61,641 nucleotides of DNA from Deltaproteobacteria bacterium (GCA_016874975.1 VGSQ01000004.1:1-61641), one strand, 5' to 3'. Shown: positions 1 to 10,106, numbered from the stretch's first letter. Notes: generated by a model not told the origin, from the letters alone. Numbers and translations are program-made.

Positions 1-5
1 CCCAA

Positions 6-220
6 GTAGGGTGCGCACCGCGCACCATGAAAGAGATTGGCATCTTGCCGAGCGTTTTCAAAACCGCCGCCCTTTCCCAGGACAAAGGGAGAATTTTGCA
101 AGAGCCTGAGTAGTAAATGGTGGGGCGGCCGTCCCTGGCCGCCAGGAGGTGGCGGGCACGGAGGCCCGCCCTACGGCAATTTTCATGGGTTACGGGTGGG
201 CCGACGGCCCATGCGCGACT
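6..220. repeat. Mosaic REP-like cluster (GTAG-type palindromes plus the CATG-hairpin-CATGAAAA module)
   Basis: GTAGGGTGCGCACCGCGCACC at 6; GGCGGGCACGGAGGCCCGCCCTAC at ~151; TTTTCATGGGTTACGGGTGGGCCGACGGCCCATG at 180-213. All recur elsewhere in the window. Confidence 0.8.
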
Positions 221-234
221 GCTCTACTATTACT

Positions 235-2523
235 TCAAGGACCGCCATTCCTCAAGGGAAAAGTCCCGGGCCGCAGTCCCAGCGCCAGGATAGCCGCCCC
301 CGTATGGAGCGCCGCCAGGAGGTTGAGGGTGGGGACGACGCCCCAGGCGGGGAGAATGAGGAGCCCCACTCCCAGGGCGCCGACGGTGGCCCCCAGCAGA
401 TCCACGGCGTAGCAGAAGCCGGAGCTCCGCGCCGGCCGGGCGGCCGCCTGGAAGGCGAGGTCGGCCGCCAGCGCAAAGATGCCGCCCGCGGCGCCGCCCA
501 GGATTGCCAGAAACAGCATGAGGGAGCCAGTCACCAGGGGCTCCCGCCCGGCTGAGGCAAGGCTCCCCAAACCCGGAGCGCCCCAGGCCAGCAGCAGCGC
601 CCCTGCCCCCAGGAAGAGCTGCAGGGCCGCCAGCCGCCGCCCCACCCCCCGGGGCGAAGCGGGACGCCGCGCCGCCAGGAGCCCGCCGGCTCCCATGCCC
701 GCCATGAAAGCCGCCAGGAGCGCCCCCATCTCCCGATAGAGGCTGCCCGCATAGATCTGAAAGACGATGAGCGCCACCAGCGACAGGGCCATGCTCCCCA
801 GGCCCATCACCAGAAGCTGCGTCCAGGCGTTGATTCCGGGACGTTTACGGCAGACCGGCAGCAGCAAGCCGAAGGCCGCCAACAGCCCCAGGCACAGCCA
901 GAGGGGCGGCAGCCGCCCCCAGAAACGCAGCACCGCCGGCAGAGGGCCTCCCTCCAGGAAACCGGTGAGCCGGAGATCGCCGCCATACCCCTGGAGGTTG
1001 AGGTCGGTGTTGACCCGGACCGGCTGCTGCATCAGCACCCGATGCAGATGCTGCCGGCGCGGTTCGGAAAACTCTTGCTTCAGGGTGAAGGCGTCCAGGT
1101 GCGCCAGATCCAGCCGGCGCTCCCGCAAGCGCTCCGCCAACACCTGGGGGGACACTGCCAAGGGCTGGAAGCCGGCGGCGGCGTAGAATCGCACCGGCTC
1201 GCCGGGGAGAGCCGCCACCTGGGGGAATACCTGCCGCAGGGTGTGATAGGCCAGCCCCAGAAAGGCGGCCCGTTCCGGATTGAAGGTGGCGCCCCCTCCC
1301 GCCGGCAGGGAGAAGGAGAAGATGCCGTCCGGTTCCAGGCGGCGGGTCGCCAGCTTAAAGCACTCCACCGTGTAACAGCCGTTCAGATGGGCGGTGGTGG
1401 GGCCGGGCAGCGCCATCAGGATGAGGTCGTAGCGCCGGTGGGTGCGGGCCAGGTAGCGCCGGGCGTCCTCCCCCAGCAGGCGGACCCGGGGATCCCGGGT
1501 CAGCTCGGCGGCCCCGGGAAGGAGGTCCATGGCCAGCCGGATGAGGCGCTGGTCCAGCTCCACGTAGTCCACCTGGGAGACGCCGTCGGTCTTGAGAATC
1601 TCCGGGACCAGCCCCGGCCCGCCCCCCAACAGGAGCACCCGCCGGGGCTGGGGATGAACCAGCAGGCTTATCTGCACCATCTGTTCGGCGCTCCAAGGGT
1701 CGGGATGGCTGAAGAGCCAGATCCCGTTGGCATAGAAAGACTGCTGTTCCGCCTCCCGGGTGACGGTAAGCAGCGCCAGGGGGCTGTCCACCGCGGCCGC
1801 GACCAGACGGTCGGGCCACTGCCATTGTCGGGAGAGCCGCTCCAGAGGTCCGGCCTGCCAGGAGGCCAGTCCCAGGGCGGCCAGGACCGCGATGCCCCCG
1901 CACCAGGCCGCCATTCCCCGAGGCCTGACCAGGAAGAGCCCGGCGCCGGCCAGGACCAGCCCGGCGCCCAGGCTGAGGGTCAGATTCCCCACCCGGCCCA
2001 GGAGGAAAATCTGCAACGCGGCCACCCCCAGACCGGCCCCCAAAGCCTCCAGGGCATAGACCCGGCCGGCGGCGCAGGCTGCTCCCCGGTCCTGCAGGGC
2101 GGCGCCGGCCAGAGGGAAGAACCACCCCGAAACCAGGCAAAACGGCGCCAGCAGGACCAGGAGGGCCGAAAGGGTGGAGCCGAAACCGGGATATTGCCCC
2201 CCGGCCCCGAAGCCCAGCGCGGGAAGGAGGCGGGCGGCCAGGAGAGTGGCCGGCAGGAGCAGCCCCAGCACCATGAGGGAGACCGCCGGGGAGCCCTTCG
2301 GACGGGAACGGCGGCTTACCCATTCACCCCCCAGGAGGCTGCCGGTCCCGACCCAGAGAAGCCAGGCCCAAAAGCCCAGGGCCAGCTTGAGCTCCTGACC
2401 CCGGCAGAGGACCAGGATCTCCCGCAACAACAGCACCTGGCCCACCAGCGTGCCGGCCCCATAAACCAGGATCAGGCCCCGCAACGGTGCAGCTCCCTCA
2501 GCGGTGCGGCCCACTGTGGCCAT
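235..2523 (-). CDS. Membrane-embedded spermidine synthase-like protein (multi-TM domains flanking an aminopropyltransferase/SAM-binding fold)
   Basis: 762 aa; hydrophobic N- and C-terminal helices; central HPQPRRVLLLGGG, VDYVELD and EDARRYL...YDLI motifs. Confidence 0.8.
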   Translation of the reverse strand: MATVGRTAEGAAPLRGLILVYGAGTLVGQVLLLREILVLCRGQELKLALGFWAWLLWVGTGSLLGGEWVSRRSRPKGSPAVSLMVLGLLLPATLLAARLLPALGFGAGGQYPGFGSTLSALLVLLAPFCLVSGWFFPLAGAALQDRGAACAAGRVYALEALGAGLGVAALQIFLLGRVGNLTLSLGAGLVLAGAGLFLVRPRGMAAWCGGIAVLAALGLASWQAGPLERLSRQWQWPDRLVAAAVDSPLALLTVTREAEQQSFYANGIWLFSHPDPWSAEQMVQISLLVHPQPRRVLLLGGGPGLVPEILKTDGVSQVDYVELDQRLIRLAMDLLPGAAELTRDPRVRLLGEDARRYLARTHRRYDLILMALPGPTTAHLNGCYTVECFKLATRRLEPDGIFSFSLPAGGGATFNPERAAFLGLAYHTLRQVFPQVAALPGEPVRFYAAAGFQPLAVSPQVLAERLRERRLDLAHLDAFTLKQEFSEPRRQHLHRVLMQQPVRVNTDLNLQGYGGDLRLTGFLEGGPLPAVLRFWGRLPPLWLCLGLLAAFGLLLPVCRKRPGINAWTQLLVMGLGSMALSLVALIVFQIYAGSLYREMGALLAAFMAGMGAGGLLAARRPASPRGVGRRLAALQLFLGAGALLLAWGAPGLGSLASAGREPLVTGSLMLFLAILGGAAGGIFALAADLAFQAAARPARSSGFCYAVDLLGATVGALGVGLLILPAWGVVPTLNLLAALHTGAAILALGLRPGTFPLRNGGP

Positions 2524-2654
2524 GGGGCATGGTCCGGGGGGTCAACCGTGCTTGCGTCTTGATAATGATCTCCGGCCCGGTGCGAAACCTTGCCGGGGGC
2601 AGGAGGGGTCCGACCCCCGGCCCCTTCCCCCGCCAGGCTGTTTTCACCAACCTG

Positions 2655-3455
2655 TCAGGGGTTGCTGGGCTTGGGGGCCGGGATTTCCTCTTCCGTTTTC
2701 TCCGGTGCCGGTCGATGCTGACGGTAGTAAATGACGGAGCTGATGACGCCGGACAGGACGTAGGCCAGCATGAAGGGAAAGCCCGTCAGTTGCGGGGCGA
2801 GGGCGATGACCACGAAGATCAGGACCACGGTCACCAGGGTCTGAAAGGGCTTGCGCCGCATCAGGTCCCATTTCTTGAGGCTGAAAAATTTGATGTTGCT
2901 CACCATGAGGAAGGAGAGCAGGTACATCATCACCAGGATATAGATGTTGTATCTGGGGGCCCACTCGCCGATCTCGTAGTAGAAGCCGATGGCCGTGGCC
3001 ACCACCATGGCCGCCGCGGGGATGGGCAGACCGTTGAAATAGCGGGGGTCCATGGTGCCGGTCTGGACGTTGAAGCGGGCCAGACGCAGGGCCCCGCAGA
3101 CCACGAAGAGAAACGCCGCCACCCAGCCGAAGCGGCCGAAAGGCTTCAGGCCCCAGAGATAGACCAGCAGGGCCGGGGCCACGCCGAAAGCCACCAGGTC
3201 CGCCAGGGAGTCGTATTGGACCCCGAAGCTGCTGGTGCTGTTGGTCATGCGGGCCACCCGGCCGTCCAGGCCGTCCAGGATGAGCGAGGCGAAGATGGCC
3301 CAGGCCGCATACAAAAACTTCCCTTCGATGGCCAAGACGATGGCCAGGAAGCCGGCAAACAGGCTCGCCGTGGTGATGAGGTTGGGTAGCAGGTACACCC
3401 CCCGGAAACGGCGGCGATCTTTCTTCTTGCGGCGGCGTTTGAATCTCATGTCCAT
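2655..3455 (-). CDS. pssA: CDP-diacylglycerol--serine O-phosphatidyltransferase
   Basis: LPNLIT...DGLDGRVAR...FGVQYDSLADLVAFGVAP CDP-alcohol phosphotransferase motif; LRLARFN; adjacent to psd. Confidence 0.95.
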   Translation of the reverse strand: MDMRFKRRRKKKDRRRFRGVYLLPNLITTASLFAGFLAIVLAIEGKFLYAAWAIFASLILDGLDGRVARMTNSTSSFGVQYDSLADLVAFGVAPALLVYLWGLKPFGRFGWVAAFLFVVCGALRLARFNVQTGTMDPRYFNGLPIPAAAMVVATAIGFYYEIGEWAPRYNIYILVMMYLLSFLMVSNIKFFSLKKWDLMRRKPFQTLVTVVLIFVVIALAPQLTGFPFMLAYVLSGVISSVIYYRQHRPAPEKTEEEIPAPKPSNP

Positions 3456-4111
3456 CTCCCCACCACGCTCTCCCCGGCCAGCACCCGGTCGCCCACCTTG
3501 ACCAACACCCGGGCCTCCAAGGGGAGGTAGAGGTCCACCCGGGACCCGAAGCAGATCATGCCGAAGGGCTCGCCCTGGGCCAGCACTTCGCCTTCCTCCA
3601 CACTGACAATGATGCGGCGGGCCAACAGGCCGGCGATCTGCACCACCAACACCCGGCGCCCGTCCTCCATCTCCAGGACCGTAGCCAGCCGTTCATTGGC
3701 CCGCTCGGCCGCTTCTTTGAAGGCCGCCAGAAAGCGGCCCGGAAAGTGCCGGGAGACCACCACCCGCCCGGCCACCGGCGCCCGGTTGACATGTACGTCA
3801 AAGACGTTCATGAAGATGGCCACCCGTCGGGCCGGCACGTGGAGAAACTCGGTCTCCTGCAGTTCGTCCACCCGGATGACCTTGCCGTCCGCGGGGGCGA
3901 CGATGGCCGCTTCCTCGTCAGGGATGGTCCGGCGGGGGTTGCGGAAGAAGTAAACCAGAAAGAAAGCGCCCGCCAGACCCAGCAACGCGAGGGCGGTCCA
4001 CTCTACGAACCAGAAGGCCAGGCTGAGGCCTGCGGCCACGAAAATGATCAAGCAACCCGGCGCCGCAATGAAGCCGCGGCCCAGGGTGCGGTGGCGGTCA
4101 GTTTTCTTCAA
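3446..4111 (-). CDS. psd: Phosphatidylserine decarboxylase proenzyme (start uncertain; TTG at 4111 chosen)
   Basis: FFRNP, APADGKV, IFMNVFDVHVNRAP, NER and FGSRVD self-cleavage motif. Confidence 0.93.
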   Translation of the reverse strand: MKKTDRHRTLGRGFIAAPGCLIIFVAAGLSLAFWFVEWTALALLGLAGAFFLVYFFRNPRRTIPDEEAAIVAPADGKVIRVDELQETEFLHVPARRVAIFMNVFDVHVNRAPVAGRVVVSRHFPGRFLAAFKEAAERANERLATVLEMEDGRRVLVVQIAGLLARRIIVSVEEGEVLAQGEPFGMICFGSRVDLYLPLEARVLVKVGDRVLAGESVVGRWT

Positions 4112-4200
4112 GTATCTCTGCCACCCTTCCGCCGGGTTCGGTGAGCGACGAAGACCAGCCCGGCGCCACCGGAAGCAGGCATCCACAACTCGGGACAATC

Positions 4201-4290
4201 GCTCATAAGCCTGCGGCTCACTTTAAAAACCTGAAAAGAGGCCTCCGGGGACAGGGCCGGGGCTTGCCTGCCCCTGGCCCCCTACCCCAC
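4201..4290. repeat. Intergenic palindromic repeat modules
   Basis: CATAAGCCTGCGGCTCAC...CCTGAAAA module followed by a GC-rich hairpin. Confidence 0.6.
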
Positions 4291-4403
4291 GGAAATCTTT
4301 CCCACGACAGAAACCTAAGTCAATTACCATTTTAAAAGAAAAGGCGAAAGGAGGCCAGCATTTTCCCCTTCCGCCGGATGGTTCGGTTCCGTTTTGTCTG
4401 AAT

Positions 4404-5390
4404 TTATCGTTTCAGCCAACTCATCAGGGCCCGCAGTTTCCGGCCCACCTCCTCGATGGGGTGTTCCGCCTCCATGCGGCGCAGGGCGTTGAAGACCGGC
4501 CGGCCCGCCTGGTTCTCCAGGATCCACTCCCGGGCGAACTCGCCGGTCTGGACCTCCTCCAGGATCATCCGCATCTCCTCCCGGGTCTCCTCGGTGATGA
4601 TGCGCTTGCCTCGGGTGTAGTCGCCGAATTCGGCGGTGTCGGAGACCGAATAGCGCATGTAGCTGATGCCGCCCTGGTAGAAGAGATCGACGATGAGCTT
4701 CAGTTCATGCAGGCACTCGTAGTAGGCGATCTCCGGGGCATAGCCCGCCTCCACCAGGGTGTCGAAGCCCGCCTTGACCAGTTCGGAGACGCCGCCGCAG
4801 AGCACGCACTGCTCGCCGAAGAGGTCCGTCTCCGTCTCTTCCTTGAAGGTGGTGTGGAGCACCGCGGCCCTCGTGGCGCCGATGCCCTTGGCATAGGCCA
4901 GGGCGGTCTTGAGGGCGCTCCCCGAGGCGTCCTGGTGCACCGCCACCAGACAGGGGACGCCCGCGCCCTTCTCGTACTCGCTCCGCACCAGGTGGCCGGG
5001 GCCCTTGGGGGCCACCATGACCACGTCCACGTCCGGGGCGGGCATGATCTGGCCGTAGTGGATGTTGAAGCCGTGGGAGAAGAGCAGGGTCTTGCCGCCC
5101 ATGTGGGGCTTCAGGTCGTTCTCATAGAGCCGGGCCTGGACGTGGTCCTGGGTCAGGATCTGCACCACCTGGGCGGCGGCCGCAGCCTCGGCGGCAGAGA
5201 CGGGCGAAAAGCCGTATTTCAGCGCGGCCTCATAATTGGGCGTGCCCGGCACCTCGGCGACGATGACGTCCACCCCGGAATCCCGCAGGTTCAGGGCCTG
5301 GGCATGCCCCTGGGAACCGAAGCCGATGATGGCCACCTTTTTGCCCTTGAGCACCCCCAGGTCCGCATCCGCATCGTAGTAGATTTTCAT
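4404..5390 (-). CDS. ilvC: Ketol-acid reductoisomerase
   Basis: [52 protein letters not shown]. Confidence 0.98.
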   Translation of the reverse strand: MKIYYDADADLGVLKGKKVAIIGFGSQGHAQALNLRDSGVDVIVAEVPGTPNYEAALKYGFSPVSAAEAAAAAQVVQILTQDHVQARLYENDLKPHMGGKTLLFSHGFNIHYGQIMPAPDVDVVMVAPKGPGHLVRSEYEKGAGVPCLVAVHQDASGSALKTALAYAKGIGATRAAVLHTTFKEETETDLFGEQCVLCGGVSELVKAGFDTLVEAGYAPEIAYYECLHELKLIVDLFYQGGISYMRYSVSDTAEFGDYTRGKRIITEETREEMRMILEEVQTGEFAREWILENQAGRPVFNALRRMEAEHPIEEVGRKLRALMSWLKR

Positions 5391-5423
5391 CTATCCTTAC
5401 CCCTTCAAGAAATTTACAAATCC

Positions 5424-5641
5424 GCCCCCAAGCAAAGCTTGAGGGACAAAAGCGTTCCCAAACTGGACCTTGGGGACGAGAAATGTTCGTGTAGGGTGCG
5501 TCGGCGCGTAAGACGCGCCCTACGGCTGGGTTAGCGGCGGGTGGGGACGCCCGCGTTACCGAACTAAGGGGTTGGGGGAGGGAGTTTGAGGGAGGGGGCA
5601 GGGGGCTGTGACCCCTGGCCCCCTCTCTCAATCCCCAACCC
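5424..5641. repeat. REP-like cluster inside the ilv operon (between ilvN and ilvC)
   Basis: CCCAAGCAAAGCTTG...GTTCCCAAACTGGACCTTGGGGACGAG; GTAGGGTGCGTC...GACGCGCCCTAC; long GGGGTTGGGG...CCCCAACCC hairpin. Confidence 0.75.
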
Positions 5642-6148
5642 TTATTCCTTCTTCGCCCGCTGGATGGCCAGGGCGCCGCTGCGCACCACTTCCAGGATGC
5701 CGTGGATTTTCAGCAGCCCCAGGACGGCGTTGGTCTTCTCCCGGTTGCCGGTGATCTCCAGGCTGTAGGTGGCGGGGCTGACGTCCACCACCCGGCAGCG
5801 GAAGATGTCGGCGATGCGCAGCACTTCGGCCCGGGACTTGTCCTCGGCCTTGACCCGCACCAGCACCATTTCCCGCTCCACGTGGTCCAGGGTGGTGAGG
5901 TCCACCACCCGGATGGTGTTGATGAGTTTGCGCAGTTGCTTGATGATCTGTTCGATGATCTGTTCGTCGCCGCTGGTCACCAGGGTGATGCGGGAGACGG
6001 TGGGGTCCAGGGTCTCCCCCACGCACAGGCTTTCGATATTGAAGCCCCGGCCGCTGAACAGCCCGGTGACCCGGGAGAGCACGCCGGGGATATTGTCCAC
6101 CTCCACCGAGATGGTGTGCCGCACGGCCGCTTTTTCTGTTTTTGCCAT
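5642..6148 (-). CDS. ilvN: Acetolactate synthase small (regulatory) subunit
   Basis: ACT domain: [31 protein letters not shown]; [11 protein letters not shown]. Confidence 0.97.
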   Translation of the reverse strand: MAKTEKAAVRHTISVEVDNIPGVLSRVTGLFSGRGFNIESLCVGETLDPTVSRITLVTSGDEQIIEQIIKQLRKLINTIRVVDLTTLDHVEREMVLVRVKAEDKSRAEVLRIADIFRCRVVDVSPATYSLEITGNREKTNAVLGLLKIHGILEVVRSGALAIQRAKKE

Positions 6149-6159
6149 GGCCCCCTCCT

Positions 6160-7857
6160 TTACGCCAGCAGCATTTCATGCATGGCCTTGCCGGCCGGCA
6201 CCATGGGCATGACGCACTCTTCGGGCTCCACCCGGAAGTCCATGACCACCGGCCGGTTGGCGGCCAGGGCTTTTTTGATGACCGGCTCCACCTCCTCGGG
6301 TTTTTCGGCCCGCAGCCCCACGGCGCCGAAGGCCTCGGCCACCTTGACGAAGTCGGGCTGGGCCATGAGCGAGGTCTGGCTGTAGCGTTTGTCGTAGAGC
6401 AACTGTTGCCACTGGCGCACCATCCCCAGGTAGGCGTTGTTGAGGATGGCGATCTTCACCGGCAGGTTGTGCTCCACCACGGTGGTGAGTTCCTGGATGT
6501 TCATGAGGATGCTGCCGTCCCCGGCGATGTCGATGACGATCTCGTCGGGGCAGGCCACCTGCACGCCCATGGCCGCCGGGAAGCCGTAGCCCATGGCGCC
6601 CAATCCTCCGGAAGTCATGAGCCGCCGGGGTTTTTTAAAGCGGTAGAACTGTGCGGCCCACATCTGGTTCTGACCCACCTCGGTGGTTATAAAAGCCTCT
6701 CCCTGGGTGAGCTCCCAGAGTTTCTCCACCACGTACTGGGGCTTGATGACATCCTTCGACTTTTTGTAGCGGAGCGGGTTTTTCTTCTCCCAGCTCCGGA
6801 TCTGCTCCAGCCAGGAGCGTCGCTCTTCGGCCCAATCCCGGGGCGCTTCGTGCTTCAGCAGCCTGTTGAGCTGGTGCAGGGCGTTTTTGCAGTCGCCCAC
6901 GATGGGGATGTGCACCACCACGTTTTTGCTGATGGAGCTGGGGTCGATGTCGATGTGCACAATCTTGGCTTCCGGGGCGAAGGCGTCCAGCCGTCCGGTG
7001 ACCCGGTCATCGAAGCGCGCCCCCACGGCGATGAGCACGTCGGACTGGGACACCGCCATGTTGGCGCAATAGGTGCCGTGCATCCCCAGCATGCCCATCC
7101 ACAGGGGATGGACACCGGGAAAGCCCCCCAACCCCATGAGGGTGCTGGTCACCGGGATTTGCAGCGTCTCGGCGAATTCCAGGAGCTCCGCGGAGGCGTT
7201 GGAGTGGATGATGCCCCCGCCGGTATAGAGCACCGGCCGCTCCTTTTCCAGGATGAGTTCCAGGGCCCGCTTCAGCTGCCGGGGATTGGCATCATAGGTG
7301 GGCTGATAACTCTTGATCTTGATGTGCTTCAGGTCCGGAAATTCGGGCACGATGGCGACCTGCTGGATATTCTTGGGCAGGTCCACCAGCACCGGCCCGG
7401 GGCGGCCGGAGCGGGCGACATAGAAGGCCTCATGCACGGTCCGGGCCAGGTCCTTGATGTCCGTGACCAGATAGTTGTGCTTGGTGCAGGGCCGCGTAAT
7501 GCCCACGATATCCACTTCCTGGAAGGCGTCGTTGCCGATCAGGGCGGTGGGCACCTGGCCCGTAAAAACAATGATGGGAATGGAGTCCATGTAGGCGCTG
7601 GCGATGCCGGTGACCGTGTTGGTGGCGCCGGGGCCGGAGGTCACCAGGGCCACCCCGACTCTGTCCGAAGCCCGGGCATAGCCGTCGGCGGCGTGCACCG
7701 CCGCCTGTTCGTGGCGCACCAGGAAGTGCTTGATTTGGGGACAGCGGGTCAGTTCATCGTAAATGTCGATGACCGCCCCACCGGGATAGCCGAAGACGTG
7801 CTGGACGCCTTCCCTCTGCCAACACTCCAGCAGAATCTGCGCACCGGTCATCTTCAT
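6160..7857 (-). CDS. ilvB: Acetolactate synthase large subunit
   Basis: [38 protein letters not shown] motif GDGS...[10 protein letters not shown]. Confidence 0.98.
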   Translation of the reverse strand: MKMTGAQILLECWQREGVQHVFGYPGGAVIDIYDELTRCPQIKHFLVRHEQAAVHAADGYARASDRVGVALVTSGPGATNTVTGIASAYMDSIPIIVFTGQVPTALIGNDAFQEVDIVGITRPCTKHNYLVTDIKDLARTVHEAFYVARSGRPGPVLVDLPKNIQQVAIVPEFPDLKHIKIKSYQPTYDANPRQLKRALELILEKERPVLYTGGGIIHSNASAELLEFAETLQIPVTSTLMGLGGFPGVHPLWMGMLGMHGTYCANMAVSQSDVLIAVGARFDDRVTGRLDAFAPEAKIVHIDIDPSSISKNVVVHIPIVGDCKNALHQLNRLLKHEAPRDWAEERRSWLEQIRSWEKKNPLRYKKSKDVIKPQYVVEKLWELTQGEAFITTEVGQNQMWAAQFYRFKKPRRLMTSGGLGAMGYGFPAAMGVQVACPDEIVIDIAGDGSILMNIQELTTVVEHNLPVKIAILNNAYLGMVRQWQQLLYDKRYSQTSLMAQPDFVKVAEAFGAVGLRAEKPEEVEPVIKKALAANRPVVMDFRVEPEECVMPMVPAGKAMHEMLLA

Positions 7858-8090
7858 GGGGTTGCTTCCTTTTTCCGATAATTGGCCAGGATCTGCTCGA
7901 TCCGGTCCCGCCCTGCCAGTTTCAGCTTTTGCAGACGCCGGCGCTCCAGGGTTTCATCCGCGGTAAGGTACGGCCGGCGGTTGAATTCCTCCAGGCGCCG
8001 CTCGAAATCGGCGTGCTCTTCCAGATACCGCTTGAGGTCCGGATCCCGGTCCACCCAGCGGCTGATGAGCTCCAAGTCTCGTTCTTCCAT
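7854..8090 (-). CDS. DUF465/YdcH-like small coiled-coil protein
   Basis: MEERDLELI...EEH...LT..E..E...LQKLKLAGRDRI; 4-bp overlap with ilvB. Confidence 0.8.
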   Translation of the reverse strand: MEERDLELISRWVDRDPDLKRYLEEHADFERRLEEFNRRPYLTADETLERRRLQKLKLAGRDRIEQILANYRKKEATP

Positions 8091-8121
8091 GGCCCGCCCC
8101 TGTAGGCAAATTTGGAGATTC

Positions 8122-8150
8122 ATCTTAGAAAAAAACCGCCTGCTTGTCAA
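8122..8150 (-). promoter_or_regulatory. Sigma70-type promoter for the DUF465-ilv operon
   Basis: Minus strand TTGACA-17 bp-TAAGAT, ~30 bp upstream of the ATG at 8090. Confidence 0.7.
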
Positions 8151-8231
8151 CCGGTTGAAAAACCAGCATTTCCGTGCGAGTCGCCGCCGCCTCCCTCTCC
8201 GGGCTCCGCAGACGGTCCGGCAACCTAACTA

Positions 8232-8385
8232 GTTCTCATCCGGAAACTCCCCCTCCCCTGGTGGGAGGGGGTTGGGGGGAGGGGGATCAATAGGGCAACT
8301 GGTTTGTATTACTAACTTATTTCACCACCACCCTAGCCCTCCCCCATCAAGGGGGAGGGAACAAAATGACTTTCCGGATGAACAA
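8232..8385. mobile_element. MITE-like element with ...TCATCCGGAAA inverted ends
   Basis: Left end GTTCTCATCCGGAAA, right end TTTCCGGATGAACAA; TAACTA on both flanks (8226-8231, 8386-8391); C/G-rich interior shared with 53218-53549; partial inverted end at 11570-11611. Boundaries uncertain by ~2 bp. Confidence 0.7.
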
Positions 8386-8400
8386 TAACTAAAAAGTTTT

Positions 8401-8486
8401 CTGGGGGGGCGGGGGAACCGTGTTCCCCCGCTCCTCCCCCTAAAAATCCTTTCATGTCTTAGGGCTGGGCAAGGGCCCAGATGAAA
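8401..8486. repeat. GC-rich hairpin repeat plus TTTCATG module
   Basis: GCGGGGGAACCGTGTTCCCCCGC hairpin (relatives at ~17985 and ~18905); TTTCATG...CTGGGCAAGGGCCCAG. Confidence 0.6.
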
Positions 8487-8493
8487 CGGTGAC

Positions 8494-8518
8494 AAAAAAA
8501 GGCGGCCCGCGGGCCGCC
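8494..8518 (-). terminator. Intrinsic terminator
   Basis: Minus strand GGCGGCC-CGCG-GGCCGCC followed by T7. Confidence 0.8.
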
Positions 8519-8680
8519 TCCAAGAGTCTTCCCGCGGGTCAATCAGGCCAGACTACTACACCGGCTGCGGCCGCCACGAACCGGACCTCGCCACCCCCAG
8601 ATCGGATGTTCGGAGCACCGGCGCGGGAAGAAGGCAAGCTGAGTCTCAAGGGCAAATCTCCCAAAGCTTTTCGATAGTCA
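8494..8680 (-). ncRNA. Candidate small structured RNA or leader (unidentified family)
   Basis: Possible promoter TTGACT-16-GAGAAT (8712-8685); 10-bp inverted repeat TCTTCCCGCG/CGCGGGAAGA; ends in a strong terminator. Confidence 0.35.
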
Positions 8681-8735
8681 TCATATTCTCCCCTTTCCCC
8701 TGCCCGAGTCAATGAAAAAGTGAGACCGCGCCGTT

Positions 8736-9536
8736 TTATTTCTCCGCGGCCGGCACCTTTCCTTCGGACTTCAGGCCGAGATCCTTGTCATTCAGGCGCT
8801 TGCTCTCGGGCAAGATGGCGCCGCTCACTTTGCCGAACTTGAGGACCCGGCTTTCGGCCTTGGTGGGGACCCCTTCGGCGTCCATGAGGCCCTGGATCTG
8901 GTTCTTACTTTCTTCGAAGGCCTTATTATACAGGGAGACCCAGATCTTGCGGCCTTCGGGGGTGAGGGGTCCGATGCGCACAATGATCTCTTCTGGTTTG
9001 GGGTAGGGGATGCCCATCACCTTCACGGTTTCACCGCCCTTGTTGAGGTTGATGAAGCCCAGGCGCTGGTTGTAGAAGAGGCTGATGCCGTCGCTGGGCG
9101 GCGTCGTGAAGGTGGTTTCCCACTTTTTCACCAGTTGGCCGCCCTGGTACTGCCACAACTCGACGGTGTTCTTCTGGTAATCGAAGCGGTACTCCTTAAA
9201 GTTGCGTTTGCTCCCGCGAGAGGATTCCTCCCGGTAGATGAGGGGGTGCAGCTTGCCCTCCCGAAAGATCATTTCCGTGGAGAACACGCCCTTCCAGTTG
9301 CCGCTCAGTTTGGCCAGGATGCCCTGGGATTCCCCTATGACCGCGCCCCAGAGTCGCTCGCCGTCCAGGCGTTTGAGGACCACCTTGCTCCGTATGGCGT
9401 CGGGCATGATGGAGACGTCCACCCGGTAGCGCAGTTCTTCCAAGATTTCCGCAGAGACCGGCTGGGCCGGGATCAAGCCCATCGACATTACCAGGACCAG
9501 GACGGCGGCCAGACGCCATCTCTTTGCTGTCATCAT
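8736..9536 (-). CDS. Exported protein, DUF3108-like
   Basis: Signal peptide (..PVSA|E); EELRYRV, PLIYREE, YRFDY pattern; beta-rich. Confidence 0.6.
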   Translation of the reverse strand: MMTAKRWRLAAVLVLVMSMGLIPAQPVSAEILEELRYRVDVSIMPDAIRSKVVLKRLDGERLWGAVIGESQGILAKLSGNWKGVFSTEMIFREGKLHPLIYREESSRGSKRNFKEYRFDYQKNTVELWQYQGGQLVKKWETTFTTPPSDGISLFYNQRLGFINLNKGGETVKVMGIPYPKPEEIIVRIGPLTPEGRKIWVSLYNKAFEESKNQIQGLMDAEGVPTKAESRVLKFGKVSGAILPESKRLNDKDLGLKSEGKVPAAEK

Positions 9537-9788
9537 CCTTCATCCATACTTTCCGGAGGCGTGGCGCACCTCCCGGTTCGTTAACCGCTTAGACGCCGGG
9601 ACGGTCGGGAGGGTTAACCCTCCCATCCCGCCCTTCCGTGGGATTCGTTGGCTTGGGCGGTCTCCGGCCACGCCGGCCAAACGGCCCGCCCCCCTTGTCA
9701 TTCCGGGCGCAGACTCTCCCACTGCCGAGAGGTTGAGAGCCTGCTTTGCGTTCACCGTGACGGAATCGCCGATTTTGCCGGAACCTCC

Positions 9789-10106
9789 CTATTTATCTTT
9801 TTTACGGTCCGCGCTCCGGGGCCGCCCCCCCCAGACCCCGGTATTGAAGCGGTCCTCCCACCACGATTGATAATCAAGCGGGGCGGCGGTCTCCTCCAGC
9901 CGGAAGCGATAGTCCTCCAGGAACTCCCGCAACCGGTGGTAAGCGGCGTTGACCTCCTGCATCCGGGCCCGGTATTCCGCTTCGGCTCCGGCAGGGGCGC
10001 GGTCCGGATGCCAGCGACGGGCCGCCCGGCGGTAAGCCGCCTGGATCTCCTGGCGGGTGGCGGTCAGGCCCAACCCCAGGATTCCCCGAGCCTCTTTCAG
10101 GGTCAT
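9789..10106 (-). CDS. Small J-domain (DnaJ-like) protein
   Basis: ILGL...EIQAAYRRAARRWHPD...MQEVNAAY. Confidence 0.9.
   Translation of the reverse strand: MTLKEARGILGLGLTATRQEIQAAYRRAARRWHPDRAPAGAEAEYRARMQEVNAAYHRLREFLEDYRFRLEETAAPLDYQSWWEDRFNTGVWGGRPRSADRKKDK

Noticed and set aside
8560-8595. SRP RNA-like AGGTCCGG...GCAGCC on the minus strand
   Set aside because: The GNRA tetraloop and CAGG/AGCA symmetric loop are not reproduced; kept only as an unidentified ncRNA candidate.
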